DNA of 64,000 nucleotides from the IMG/VR virus record IMGVR_UViG_3300037010_001838, one strand, 5' to 3'. Positions 20,631-30,262 of this stretch are shown here, one piece after another (position 1 is the stretch's first letter; every line of letters starts with the position of its first letter). The DNA comes from a virus (Duplodnaviria > Caudoviricetes). Below the pieces are notes generated by a model. It ran no database searches and was not told the origin of the DNA. It saw only the letters and a list, made by a program, of their open reading frames with translations. The position numbers were made by a program, and so were the translations under genes.

Positions 20631-21404
20631 TTACTTAACGATCAAATCGTCAGTGGAAACAATTAATTCATAGTCAATATTCTGTTTATCTAGTTGATCA
20701 ATGATTTCTTCATTTGAAAGATTTTGCCCTTCAACAATTCCTATTCTGGTGTATATTTGTTGAATGAGTTGATTTTTTAAATTAGCAGGAGCTGAAATAT
20801 AAATCGGAATATCAAATGTGATAGTTGTAACAATCATTCGTCTATCCGTACCAGCAGGATAATTTTCTTCATAATTTATATTTCGGAGAAACACAGTTGT
20901 CAATTTTGTCCAATCAAAAGCTGAATCAGAGATTTGAATTTGTAAAATAGGATCAAACAACATAAAAATTTGTTCCAAGATTTGATGTTGAGTATTAATA
21001 TTACTCGTAAAGATTGACAAAGACATCGTTATGTCATATGGATTTGGCATTAGTTGATGAACCACTTTTGCGTCTTCGGGTAATAATCCACCACGCGGAA
21101 CATATGGAGTAGTTCTCATTGTCCCAACCCCTTTTTTTCTGTTATCTGCGTATGTGATTCCAGAAAGAAAACAGCTCATTACAGGTAACCTTAACGGTTT
21201 GTTTTGAGTATTATCATTTAATATAGAAGATGCTACACGGTCTTTACTACCATATTGAATCGGAACAAGCAAAGATTGTTCAGTTCCATTTGCAGATTTT
21301 CCTGTCATAACTGTTAAGCCATTAAAAATATTCATAAATTGAACAATATATCTTGCAAATTGACTGTTAAAGTAATATGTGTTAATCATAATTTTGTATT
21401 CCAA
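20631..21404 (-). CDS. gp15: Tail sheath stabiliser/completion protein (gp15-like)
   Basis: YF..QF.RYIVQF..IF..L.V..VPIQYGSKDR and later PNPYDI..SLSI pattern; position. Confidence 0.8.
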   Translation of the reverse strand: MEYKIMINTYYFNSQFARYIVQFMNIFNGLTVMTGKSANGTEQSLLVPIQYGSKDRVASSILNDNTQNKPLRLPVMSCFLSGITYADNRKKGVGTMRTTPYVPRGGLLPEDAKVVHQLMPNPYDITMSLSIFTSNINTQHQILEQIFMLFDPILQIQISDSAFDWTKLTTVFLRNINYEENYPAGTDRRMIVTTITFDIPIYISAPANLKNQLIQQIYTRIGIVEGQNLSNEEIIDQLDKQNIDYELIVSTDDLIVK

Positions 21405-21503
21405 AAGAATTATTCTTAAATCTCATTACAATCTCCATATATGTACACACTATTTACTATCTCTTTGTCGTTTGTTCATTTATATGATACGTTTAACTTC
21501 TTC

Positions 21504-23057
21504 TCACGACGTGATTTCATTGTTGTTTACTTTGTTAGGATCCTGAAGTAACGATTGTAATTGTGGTTTAGGGTTAACCAATAACGAACGTCGATCCTCT
21601 TCAACGAAAATCCACCTATTCTTCAATACACTATATTTGTGCAATCTAACTGGAATATTAAATTTTGCTTCATACGTCAAACGATGATAATCTCCATCCT
21701 TCGGATGTGTAGGAAATGATACTCCTTCAGTATAAGGTTCTCCATTTGGTGGAAGCCCGTCTTCAACATAAACTCCACGTTGATTAAAATTGAACTTACC
21801 AAGATCAACACCTTGTGATGCAGCACTTTTAATTTCTTCATCTGTAAACACTCGTATGTTGGCAGTATCTTCACCACCTTCTGGAACTTGAGTGTTTGCT
21901 GCAGATGATGCTCTTATGTTTGAAACAAACGCTTCAGGATTAAATGCTGACTGTTCAATACCAAGAAAATCGTTTAGGTTAGACGGTGGATTTATGTCTC
22001 CAATAATATCCATTGTTTCTTGGCTCGCCAACATAGGCATAGCAGCAACACGAAGTAAAGTTGGTTTCCATCCTGGAGTAAATCCTTCTGTTGCCCAACC
22101 CACATCTGTTACTTCAAGATATTTCTTTATAGGTTTTAAAGTGGGAGAATATTGTGTTTCACTTGGAACTTCAAATATGTCACCTATAACAATTGGTCTT
22201 CCAATCATCTTAACAGCAGTATTAAAAGCAATTTTAAATACATACGTTTGAGTAGAACTCATATCAATTCCGAATCTTGATAAGTTTGTTAAATATTCTT
22301 GTAAATCATAATATCCTTTAATTTGGACACTATCAGCTGAATATGATCTATCACGATTTTCCAAAAACCCCAATTCATCTTGAATATTTGATAACTGCGT
22401 GGCAGTTAAATCAGTTAAGGTGAGTTGTTTTACAGCCCAATAATCTTGTGTCCCACCATTAAATGTGATTGGTCTGATTCTCCAATACCTTGAAGCAGCC
22501 GATTGTCTGAAAGAAATTAATTCAAGGTTAAAGGTATCTGGTAAGGTAACGACATCAACACCAAACCACTGAACCCCATCATTTGATCGTTCAATTCGTG
22601 CTTTAACGACCCGGTTATTACTTTCACAACCTTGTTGTATCTGTATCGATGTTATATGGTGTTTAACTTGTGTGTCGACTGAATAACGTAAGCGACCGTT
22701 ATCCAACCTAATCGGCCCAAAATCGTAACCAATATATGATGCTGTGACAACTAGTGAACCTTTTTGTGTTGACCGCCATTCATCAAAATTTTTATTAAAT
22801 GCAAATGAAGCTGGGTAATCTTTATATTCTCCACTCGAGATTGGTGTACCGGATCCCGTTAAATCGATCAATTGACCTTGTTCGTGTACTCCTAATAACT
22901 TAAACACATTAATAGGAGCAGATGCAAGATTTAACGCTTCCGCTACCAAATCTTGAATATAACAATTCGCTGGATCTGAACTTAAATCATAAGGAGAGCA
23001 CACTGATTCGGAGTTGCAATCAGTCGCTAAATTGTTAACACTTCCACACGTTGACAT
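21504..23057 (-). CDS. Neck protein (gp14-like) with discoidin/F5-8C insertion
   Basis: YDLQEYLTNLSRFGID..PIVIGDIFEV neck-like core; AFNKNFDEWRS..YIGYDFG..SNDGVQW..SRYWRI discoidin motifs; between gp13 and gp15. Confidence 0.65.
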   Translation of the reverse strand: MSTCGSVNNLATDCNSESVCSPYDLSSDPANCYIQDLVAEALNLASAPINVFKLLGVHEQGQLIDLTGSGTPISSGEYKDYPASFAFNKNFDEWRSTQKGSLVVTASYIGYDFGPIRLDNGRLRYSVDTQVKHHITSIQIQQGCESNNRVVKARIERSNDGVQWFGVDVVTLPDTFNLELISFRQSAASRYWRIRPITFNGGTQDYWAVKQLTLTDLTATQLSNIQDELGFLENRDRSYSADSVQIKGYYDLQEYLTNLSRFGIDMSSTQTYVFKIAFNTAVKMIGRPIVIGDIFEVPSETQYSPTLKPIKKYLEVTDVGWATEGFTPGWKPTLLRVAAMPMLASQETMDIIGDINPPSNLNDFLGIEQSAFNPEAFVSNIRASSAANTQVPEGGEDTANIRVFTDEEIKSAASQGVDLGKFNFNQRGVYVEDGLPPNGEPYTEGVSFPTHPKDGDYHRLTYEAKFNIPVRLHKYSVLKNRWIFVEEDRRSLLVNPKPQLQSLLQDPNKVNNNEITS

Positions 23058-23161
23058 AAGATCTCACACTAATTCTAATTATTTATCATTCTAATACTTC
23101 ATTGTATTATTTGTATTCGTTTTTAAACTTTGAAGTATTCGTTGTTCCAATATTTTATGGC

Positions 23162-26100
23162 TTAACCCATGATAATCTGTGATCCTAATCCAATGTCTTC
23201 GAAATTGCTATTCGCGATGTAGTTATCAAGCTCATCAATACACTGTTGAAATTCCTTTTCCGCTCTTGCTCTTAAATCGACAGCATTTAATGTAACACCA
23301 CCACCTGCTCCTGGTAAATTGCCGAACTTGCCACGAATTTCAGCCAATATCAAACAAGCTTCACCAGTCGCCCAGGTTTGAATCCAGTTATTTAAAAAAC
23401 GATCTGCCATAATATCTTGTTCTGTTCGTTCTATCATTACATCCATTAATACTCGTTCATCTCTAAACAAATTTTGGTGAATTGATAATAATCTTGGTTT
23501 TTCTCTCCACGTATACATGATGTTTGCAGCAAACAATTTCTCCATTAATTCTGTATATTCATTAATAATGTGATAACTCACTAAATCAAACGTTCCCATT
23601 TGATACAAATGTTGTAACACCAATTGACCATATACACCCTGTCCTTCAGCAGAACCGAGAATAGCAGCAGTCATTCTATAAATTCCCATGATGTTAACAA
23701 TTTTATGGAAACCAACTGTTTTATCTGTTAATTTGTAAGTTTGTTGTCCAGCTTTCATATCCATAAAGAAAAATGCTCGTTCATATCCTGAAGAGCCCAT
23801 TCTCCTTAATGTTTGCAAACCTTGATCGACACAGAAGTTTAAATGTTCTTTTGTTAATTCAACCTGAACGACGGGATATCCAAATTGAATTAAAATCGTC
23901 TCAATCATTTCCCTACGTTCTTCGGAAGTACCATCTGTTCCCACGCCTTGTTGAAGATAAGAAGGTGTTGGAAGAAGTCCGTCTGTTCCTCTCGTTGGTG
24001 GGTTAATCGCACCTCTTGGAATCAAATTCGCAAATAAACCATTTGGTGATATTCCATCTGTTACAATAATCGTAGATTTGGAACCAGTCGTTCCACTTGT
24101 AAATACCAAATTTCCTAATTCATTCAAGGAAACACGAGGAACACTCGCAACTACCCACGAACTACCGTTCCAACTATACAAAGATTTTTCAGTTGTATTA
24201 TACCACAACGAACCAGTAGAATAAGAAACTGGTTGTGTTTGAAATATAAGTGAAATCCAAGCAATCCCATTCCAAACATACAAGGAATTAAGTTGAGGAT
24301 TGTACCAATATTGTCCAGGTAATATAGAAGTTGGAGGTATGTTAAATTCTGCATAAGGAATTGTTACCCAACTTCCGCTTTGATGAATACTCCAGGAATT
24401 TGTTAGTGTATTATTCCACAAAATCCCGTCACTAATAGTTGCGGGATCATTTGCAAATGATATTGCCGAAATTACAACCCACTGCATTCCATCCCAACAT
24501 CTTAAGGTTGTTCCATCATTCCAGCAAACATTTTTTTCAATAACGACTTTTTCTGAAGGATCAAGTGAACTTTCCACAAAATTGTTAACTAATTTCCATT
24601 GTTGACTTACTTGGTCCCACGCAAATAAGCTATCATTCCATAATAATTCTCCTGCAGAAGGGGTAGTAGGATCTGTTGCCCACACGATCATTTCATTTGA
24701 TGAAATAACCCAATTAACTCCATCCCACTCATATAACGTATCAGTAGATGTGTTCACCCACAACGTTGAAATAACATAACTTGAAGGAGGAGTAACATCA
24801 TTAACAACAACTTGGTAAGATGGAGCACTCCAAGTATTAACATTCCTTACCTGTAATTTATTCACAGAAGTATTAAACCAATATACTCCATCTAAAATAG
24901 TTCTTGGATCTCCATTCCAATCCAAAACATTAACTTGTGTCCAGATTCCTTCTGTTAATTCCCCATTTTTACATGAACCATTTGAAGTTATCCACTGGAA
25001 CATTTGATTTGTTGTTGAGTTTAACCAGAACATCCCACATGGAAGAACTGGAGCACTTGAAGGATCTGATATTTGGTTTATTGTTGTTTGTGGTTTCCAA
25101 ATAGTTCCATCCCACTGAAAACATGTCGTTCCGTTAAACCAATATGTTCCACACTCTGGAACAGAAGGATCAGATGCAAAATTAATCGATTTTTGTAAAA
25201 CCCAGGACGTTCCATTCCATTTACTCATTGTTTGAGTAGTTGAATTTAACCAAAAATCGTTAACAGTCGGTGAAGTTGGATCACTGATACTCGTTAGAGT
25301 GTTTTGTAATACGTTGTGTGTTCCATTCCAAATATATACTTCGTTCGTTAGTTGATTTACATAAATTGTTTCAGTTCCAGGGGCGTTAGGACCCTGAAAT
25401 GGGTTATTCAATGTTGATAAATTAAAATTAATTAAATCTATTAATTGTTGATATGTCTGAGCCTGACTTCCACTAATTGAAATCAGTGGACCTTTAAAAT
25501 TTTGACTTAATAACGTACTCTGATTTAGTGTATTTAAAAATCCATCATTAAAACCATCAAATTGATCATACACACTATTCAAATCCATATTATCAAAGCC
25601 TGGGTAATCTACAGAAACATTGAAAGTATAAGTGTTTGTTGAAACGAGTCCAGTACTATCTGATGACAGAACTCCAAGTTTTATTGTTTGACATCCTGCC
25701 GTATCAGGATCATGAGGGGTTTCCTGATAATCTTGTGAATATGAATGTGCTCCTTCTAAATCATACGTCCCAACATTATCTACAGCAAAACCCGTGATAT
25801 AATATGGTGTGTTTAATTGTAAACCTGAAATATCTAAAGAAGTAGTTGTTTTATCGTCATAAAAAGCACCAATTACTAACCCTGTTCCTATTTTACTTCC
25901 AGCATGTAGATTGCGATCCACAGTTGGATCTCCAGTGTAATACTTTTGATTGGTTGGAGTTTGTTCTTGTTTTATAGGAACTGTGTCCGCGACAACCAAA
26001 ATTCCATTATATGATAAATCATCAACAGAACACCCTGGTGCACCTTTTGGAAGGGTCCAACTAACATTTGCCGTTGATGGACTTGTTTTTTGTAATTTTA

Positions 26101-26167
26101 GAGTTATTTCACGCCCTTCGCTGGAAATTTTTCCAGGAGCGTCAGTGTAAAAACCTAGTGTTGACAT
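23162..26167 (-). CDS. Neck protein (gp13-like C-terminus) with large Trp-repeat N-terminal extension
   Basis: C-terminal GYPVVQVELT..LNFCVD..WIQTWATG..RGKFGNLPG.GGGVTLNA is gp13-like; about 11 WxN..WxG..W repeats upstream. Confidence 0.75.
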   Translation of the reverse strand: MSTLGFYTDAPGKISSEGREITLKLQKTSPSTANVSWTLPKGAPGCSVDDLSYNGILVVADTVPIKQEQTPTNQKYYTGDPTVDRNLHAGSKIGTGLVIGAFYDDKTTTSLDISGLQLNTPYYITGFAVDNVGTYDLEGAHSYSQDYQETPHDPDTAGCQTIKLGVLSSDSTGLVSTNTYTFNVSVDYPGFDNMDLNSVYDQFDGFNDGFLNTLNQSTLLSQNFKGPLISISGSQAQTYQQLIDLINFNLSTLNNPFQGPNAPGTETIYVNQLTNEVYIWNGTHNVLQNTLTSISDPTSPTVNDFWLNSTTQTMSKWNGTSWVLQKSINFASDPSVPECGTYWFNGTTCFQWDGTIWKPQTTINQISDPSSAPVLPCGMFWLNSTTNQMFQWITSNGSCKNGELTEGIWTQVNVLDWNGDPRTILDGVYWFNTSVNKLQVRNVNTWSAPSYQVVVNDVTPPSSYVISTLWVNTSTDTLYEWDGVNWVISSNEMIVWATDPTTPSAGELLWNDSLFAWDQVSQQWKLVNNFVESSLDPSEKVVIEKNVCWNDGTTLRCWDGMQWVVISAISFANDPATISDGILWNNTLTNSWSIHQSGSWVTIPYAEFNIPPTSILPGQYWYNPQLNSLYVWNGIAWISLIFQTQPVSYSTGSLWYNTTEKSLYSWNGSSWVVASVPRVSLNELGNLVFTSGTTGSKSTIIVTDGISPNGLFANLIPRGAINPPTRGTDGLLPTPSYLQQGVGTDGTSEERREMIETILIQFGYPVVQVELTKEHLNFCVDQGLQTLRRMGSSGYERAFFFMDMKAGQQTYKLTDKTVGFHKIVNIMGIYRMTAAILGSAEGQGVYGQLVLQHLYQMGTFDLVSYHIINEYTELMEKLFAANIMYTWREKPRLLSIHQNLFRDERVLMDVMIERTEQDIMADRFLNNWIQTWATGEACLILAEIRGKFGNLPGAGGGVTLNAVDLRARAEKEFQQCIDELDNYIANSNFEDIGLGSQIIMG

Positions 26168-26172
26168 TAATA

Positions 26173-26214
26173 ACCTCTTTTGTATAGTTCAACATTTATT
26201 TATACAAAAGAGGT
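26173..26214 (-). promoter_or_regulatory. Late promoter (26197-26204) inside a 14-bp hairpin that masks the gp13 RBS
   Basis: Minus strand: ACCTCTTTTGTATA-aataaatgttgaac-TATACAAAAGAGGT-tatta-ATG. Confidence 0.7.
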
Positions 26215-26225
26215 GTTGATTTACT

Positions 26226-26561
26226 TCACGATGTTACTTCATTAGTATTTTTTGATAACCAACTCTTTAATTTAGAACCTTTCCAGTTCGTAAAATAATC
26301 GGTTTCATTTAAAGTTGGATTTTTTTCATCTTCAAACCGAATATGAACAGGTGTTGGATCGTTCACATCATCATATTTCCATTCCACAACCACTTGTTGT
26401 TTTGGTTTTAACAACAACGTAATCTTACTGTCATCTTCTCCATACACAGCAAGTTTACAATATCGAGAAATATCATAAACAGATCGTTGAACAGGCGATT
26501 TTTGTATTGCTTCTAACAGCCTATTTTTTGAATCCAAATATTCTTTGAAAGTAAGTTTCAT
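26226..26561 (-). CDS. Hypothetical late protein with capsid-targeting-like N-terminus
   Basis: Likely start MKLTFKEYL at 26561; late promoter at 26597-26604. Confidence 0.6.
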   Translation of the reverse strand: MKLTFKEYLDSKNRLLEAIQKSPVQRSVYDISRYCKLAVYGEDDSKITLLLKPKQQVVVEWKYDDVNDPTPVHIRFEDEKNPTLNETDYFTNWKGSKLKSWLSKNTNEVTS

Positions 26562-26596
26562 GTTCACCAACACAAAAAAGAAAAATTTACAATAAG

Positions 26597-26604
26597 TATT
26601 TATA
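26597..26604 (-). promoter_or_regulatory. T4-type late promoter TATAAATA
   Basis: Exact consensus, downstream of the capsid terminator. Confidence 0.65.
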
Positions 26605-26643
26605 CGTTTAAATCTTGATAGTTATAATCAGGTTAAAAACACA

Positions 26644-26675
26644 AAGAAAAACCCCCAATTGTGGGGGTTTTTCTT
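26644..26675 (-). terminator. Rho-independent terminator after major capsid gene
   Basis: AAGAAAAACCCCCA-attg-TGGGGGTTTTTCTT. Confidence 0.8.
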
Positions 26676-26691
26676 AACTTCTTTTTAAAGA

Positions 26692-28041
26692 TTAAGCTAA
26701 TGACATACCAGTAACGTTGATCTTTCCGTAGTAGTCAGCACTGTTACCAAGAGATGTTGCTTTGTTGGTAAATGTGGTCTTACCATAACGAGTCATTAAT
26801 GAAACGACTGGTTGGAAAGTAACTGGGTTAATAACAACACCAGAAGACATTAATGGGATGTATGGGCAGTAGAAGTAACCAGAATCAGTTTCACCATTTC
26901 CACCCTTGTAACCAACAAGAATACTGTCGTTACCAGTTCCACCAAAATCTGTTGAATCAACTTGGTTCCACAAATATGTGTAAACCTTGATAGTTCCATT
27001 CAATGTTCCGGCAAGCATTGTGTTGTTAGGACCCTTGAAAGAACCCTGAACAGCAGGAGCAAAAACGCTCTTTGCAGCTGATTGAAGAACTGAAACAATC
27101 ATTGGTGATACAACGATGAAGTTACCCTGTCCACGACGAGTCTTACGAGCAATCTCGTTAGCGACGTAGTTGATCATAACACCAAGGTTAGCCAAACGAT
27201 CACCAACGAATGTTGGACGATAATAACCTGGAGCTGCTGGTAATGAACCATCAAATGTTGCAACTGTTCCAGCAAGACCCAAAAGGTCAGTAATAATTTC
27301 GTTGTCGATTTCCTGAACGATTTCTGCTGAAAGAGCCTTTGTCATTTCGTTTTCAAGATCAAGACCGTGCTGTGCTTGTAAATCTTGCATAGCTTCAATT
27401 GTCCAACCTGCTTGCAACTTACGTGAACCAGCTTCAACAGCTTGTGACATAACTTGCACAGTCATACGACGACCACCAGAAGCTTCAATAGTACCACCTG
27501 AACCACCAACAGTGCAACCATCCAAAGATGAGAAACCTGCATTAGCACCCCAAGATTTTCCTTGTGCAACACCAGTAATTGATCCTGGAGCTGGAGCACC
27601 CATACCATCAGCACCTGCAACTTGGGAAGCATCTGTTGTACCAGAATAGAAACGACGCATTGCATTCAAGTTACCAAAAGCTTCAAAGTCTGTTGGGTCA
27701 CTAGCATTTGGAATATCACCTTCTGGAGTAACACTTGTAGTGATACTATCAGCATATTTGTAACGTAAAGAATACACAAGACCAACTGGACCTTGCATAG
27801 GTTGAACACCAACAATTTCCGTAGCAATAGTGCTAGGAATAATACGACGGATCATTGGGATGATGATCTTACGGAAACCAGCAATTGATGCTGCATCTGT
27901 AGATCCTGCTGCTGCGGTTTCTGTTAAAACCTGTGTCTTCTGATTTTCAAGAAGAGTTCCTGTGATCTCTTTCTTTGAACCATCAAGACCTTCTAAAAGG
28001 GCTTCCTTAATTTCGCCCCAGTTTTCTAAAAGTTCATTCAT
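26692..28041 (-). CDS. gp23: Major capsid protein (T4 gp23-like)
   Basis: RRIIP...GVQPMQGPVGLVYSLRY, SRKLQAGWTIEAMQDLQAQHGLDLENE, YCPYIPL, LMTRYG. Confidence 0.97.
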   Translation of the reverse strand: MNELLENWGEIKEALLEGLDGSKKEITGTLLENQKTQVLTETAAAGSTDAASIAGFRKIIIPMIRRIIPSTIATEIVGVQPMQGPVGLVYSLRYKYADSITTSVTPEGDIPNASDPTDFEAFGNLNAMRRFYSGTTDASQVAGADGMGAPAPGSITGVAQGKSWGANAGFSSLDGCTVGGSGGTIEASGGRRMTVQVMSQAVEAGSRKLQAGWTIEAMQDLQAQHGLDLENEMTKALSAEIVQEIDNEIITDLLGLAGTVATFDGSLPAAPGYYRPTFVGDRLANLGVMINYVANEIARKTRRGQGNFIVVSPMIVSVLQSAAKSVFAPAVQGSFKGPNNTMLAGTLNGTIKVYTYLWNQVDSTDFGGTGNDSILVGYKGGNGETDSGYFYCPYIPLMSSGVVINPVTFQPVVSLMTRYGKTTFTNKATSLGNSADYYGKINVTGMSLA

Positions 28042-28072
28042 TTTAAACTCCCTGTAAGTAAGTTGTTGTAAA

Positions 28073-29005
28073 TTATTCCAAACCAGCTAAACGTTTAAAT
28101 GATTCTGTTACCTTACGGGATTTTTCAGAAACATCCATTCCGTCTTCTTCTTTGGTGCTTTCGTAAATTGGATCACCTGTTCTTAAAAAGGCATCACTCA
28201 ATTTAGGCTTTTCAGCGTTTTTGGACTTACTTTCAGCAAGTACTGACTTTTCCTTCTCTGATCTATTGTCCCCAGACTCTTTTAACACTCGACCAATAAA
28301 GGTCTTGTATGCTTCTTCCAACCCTTCAGTTGGAACACTCTTCAAAATAGTTTCCATTATTTCACGAGTTTTACCATTCAATGGAGCAAGAATTTTGTCC
28401 ATCTTAAGTTTACGTTCTACCAAATTGATACTTTCTTCAAGAGTTTTAACTTGTTGTGCTTTTTCTTCATACTGTTCACGAACTTCACGAAGTTCAGCTT
28501 CAGTAGAATCTTCATTAACGAAGTTTTTACGATATTCAGTTACAAATGATTCGAAGACCTTACGACCAAACTGAAGTTTTTTACTTTCATTAATTTCCTC
28601 TTTTAATTCTTCAAATTCTGCATTTAAACGAATTTCCAAGAAGGAATCTAACTTTTCAACTAATTCAGCCAAATCATTTTGTAATTCTTCAGCCATTTCT
28701 GTTTTTGCTTCAACCAAATGTTCAGCATAATCAGCTTCAAGATCGCGGTAAGCCGACACGTCTTCATAAAGTTCCTTGAATTCTTCTTTTAAAAATTCCT
28801 CAACCTTATCATCAATTGCTTCAATTAAAGCATCACGTTCCGTAATCCACTGTTCTGTAAGCTCAACACGTACTTGGTTTGTTGCTTCCAATTTTGCCGC
28901 TTCTACAGCTTCTTGAATCTGTACGCTCATTGCTTCTTCAAGTTCCTTTCTGGTATCTTCAGAAAGAATGTCAGCTTCAAGTAGCTTTTTAAGAAGTTCA
29001 TTCAT
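28073..29005 (-). CDS. gp22: Prohead core scaffold protein (gp22-like)
   Basis: Acidic coiled coil, GRKVFESF motif, between protease and capsid genes. Confidence 0.85.
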   Translation of the reverse strand: MNELLKKLLEADILSEDTRKELEEAMSVQIQEAVEAAKLEATNQVRVELTEQWITERDALIEAIDDKVEEFLKEEFKELYEDVSAYRDLEADYAEHLVEAKTEMAEELQNDLAELVEKLDSFLEIRLNAEFEELKEEINESKKLQFGRKVFESFVTEYRKNFVNEDSTEAELREVREQYEEKAQQVKTLEESINLVERKLKMDKILAPLNGKTREIMETILKSVPTEGLEEAYKTFIGRVLKESGDNRSEKEKSVLAESKSKNAEKPKLSDAFLRTGDPIYESTKEEDGMDVSEKSRKVTESFKRLAGLE

Positions 29006-29035
29006 TTTGTATCTCCTTGTATTCTTTGTTGTATA

Positions 29036-29043
29036 TATTTATA
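29036..29043 (-). promoter_or_regulatory. T4-type late promoter TATAAATA
   Basis: Exact consensus upstream of scaffold/capsid. Confidence 0.65.
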
Positions 29044-29145
29044 ACCTACTGTGTTTAAAGGGATTCTACGTAGTTACGTAGTTTATTTTTCCCTGAAAAA
29101 ACAATGAGTTATAATCCAATTTTTTTCCAAAATATTTGAAAATTG

Positions 29146-29781
29146 TTACCTCTTGGCGAATAAATTTTCACCTAGAAACTTCATAATTTCCTGTTTTAAG
29201 TACTTTTGTGCAGCTGGATCGTGTTGTACTTGTTCTGCTAAAGTTAAGACGTTCCGACCACTCTTCATCATTTCCAAAGACTCATATATTGATGTAGGCA
29301 TTGCTCCTGGTGCAGATGGAGTAGCAACAATATCAACAGTAACAAATGAAAACAATTTGACTGTTCCACTATCCCCAACTTCGCCGGCACCTCTTGAACT
29401 AACTCCCAAACGAACACCACTTTCAACCAAAGTTTTTGCGATGTTTCCCATTGGAGTAGGAAGAAGTTTTGCGCGACCATATGCATTAGAACCTTCCATT
29501 CTCAAATCCGTAATAGCATGTGAAATGCGATCCAAATTAATAGACAGAGTTTGTGGATGATCAAGTTCTCCAAAAATACCATTCATCTCTTGAATTTTTA
29601 AAGATGCTTCAGTTACAGCACGAGAAATTTCATCTAATGGGTAAATCCGATTATTCCGGTTTTTGATATCAGCCTGCATAAAGATACCAGACAACCAAAC
29701 ATTTTTCCCATCAGAAGACGATTCCTGGATAATTCCACTTTGTGCAGGAGAGAGTTCCTCTATTAAGAGTTGTGTGCTCAT
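29146..29781 (-). CDS. gp21: Prohead protease (gp21-like)
   Basis: GIFMQADIKNRNNRIYP, GELDHP, GVSSRGAG, DIVATPSAPGA. Confidence 0.95.
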   Translation of the reverse strand: MSTQLLIEELSPAQSGIIQESSSDGKNVWLSGIFMQADIKNRNNRIYPLDEISRAVTEASLKIQEMNGIFGELDHPQTLSINLDRISHAITDLRMEGSNAYGRAKLLPTPMGNIAKTLVESGVRLGVSSRGAGEVGDSGTVKLFSFVTVDIVATPSAPGAMPTSIYESLEMMKSGRNVLTLAEQVQHDPAAQKYLKQEIMKFLGENLFAKR

Positions 29782-29799
29782 TTTATTTCTCCTTTACGA

Positions 29800-30114
29800 T
29801 TAATCGTCATCCTCACCTTCTTCGTCATCCTTTTTCTGGTCCTTGGCTAACCTTTCGATGTCTTTGTCGACTTTTTTGTCATATTTCTTTTTGTCGTCGT
29901 TGTCCTTCTTTTCTTTCTTTTCTTCATCCTCATCGGAGTCTTCTTTGTCTTCTAAATCACCCTCATCTTCATCATCTTCATCATCATCTTCATCACCGAC
30001 TTCAATGATGGTTTTGCTTCTTTCAACTACATAGCTACGAAAAACTTCACGAGCTGTATCCTCATCTTCGTTAATAAGAGCGTTGACGAGAGTCTTTAAT
30101 TGTTCTTTAAACAT
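29800..30114 (-). CDS. Small acidic prohead core protein (gp67/68-like)
   Basis: Start MFKEQL at 30114 has a GGAGG SD; D/E/K-rich; between portal and protease. Confidence 0.6.
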   Translation of the reverse strand: MFKEQLKTLVNALINEDEDTAREVFRSYVVERSKTIIEVGDEDDDEDDEDEGDLEDKEDSDEDEEKKEKKDNDDKKKYDKKVDKDIERLAKDQKKDDEEGEDDD

Positions 30115-30198
30115 AGTATTCCTCCTTGTTGTTATTGGTTTTTGGAAAGCTGATAATACAACACCCAGCTTTACACTGATATTTACAGAAAAACGTAT

Positions 30199-30234
30199 TA
30201 AAAACAAAGGGTAAGTAGTAACCCCTTGTTTTTA
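30199..30234 (-). terminator. Probable terminator after portal gene
   Basis: AAAAACAAAGGGT...ACCCCTTGTTTTT near-perfect inverted repeat. Confidence 0.55.
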
Positions 30235-30262
30235 TTGATTATTATTGAAATAACTTTGGAAA

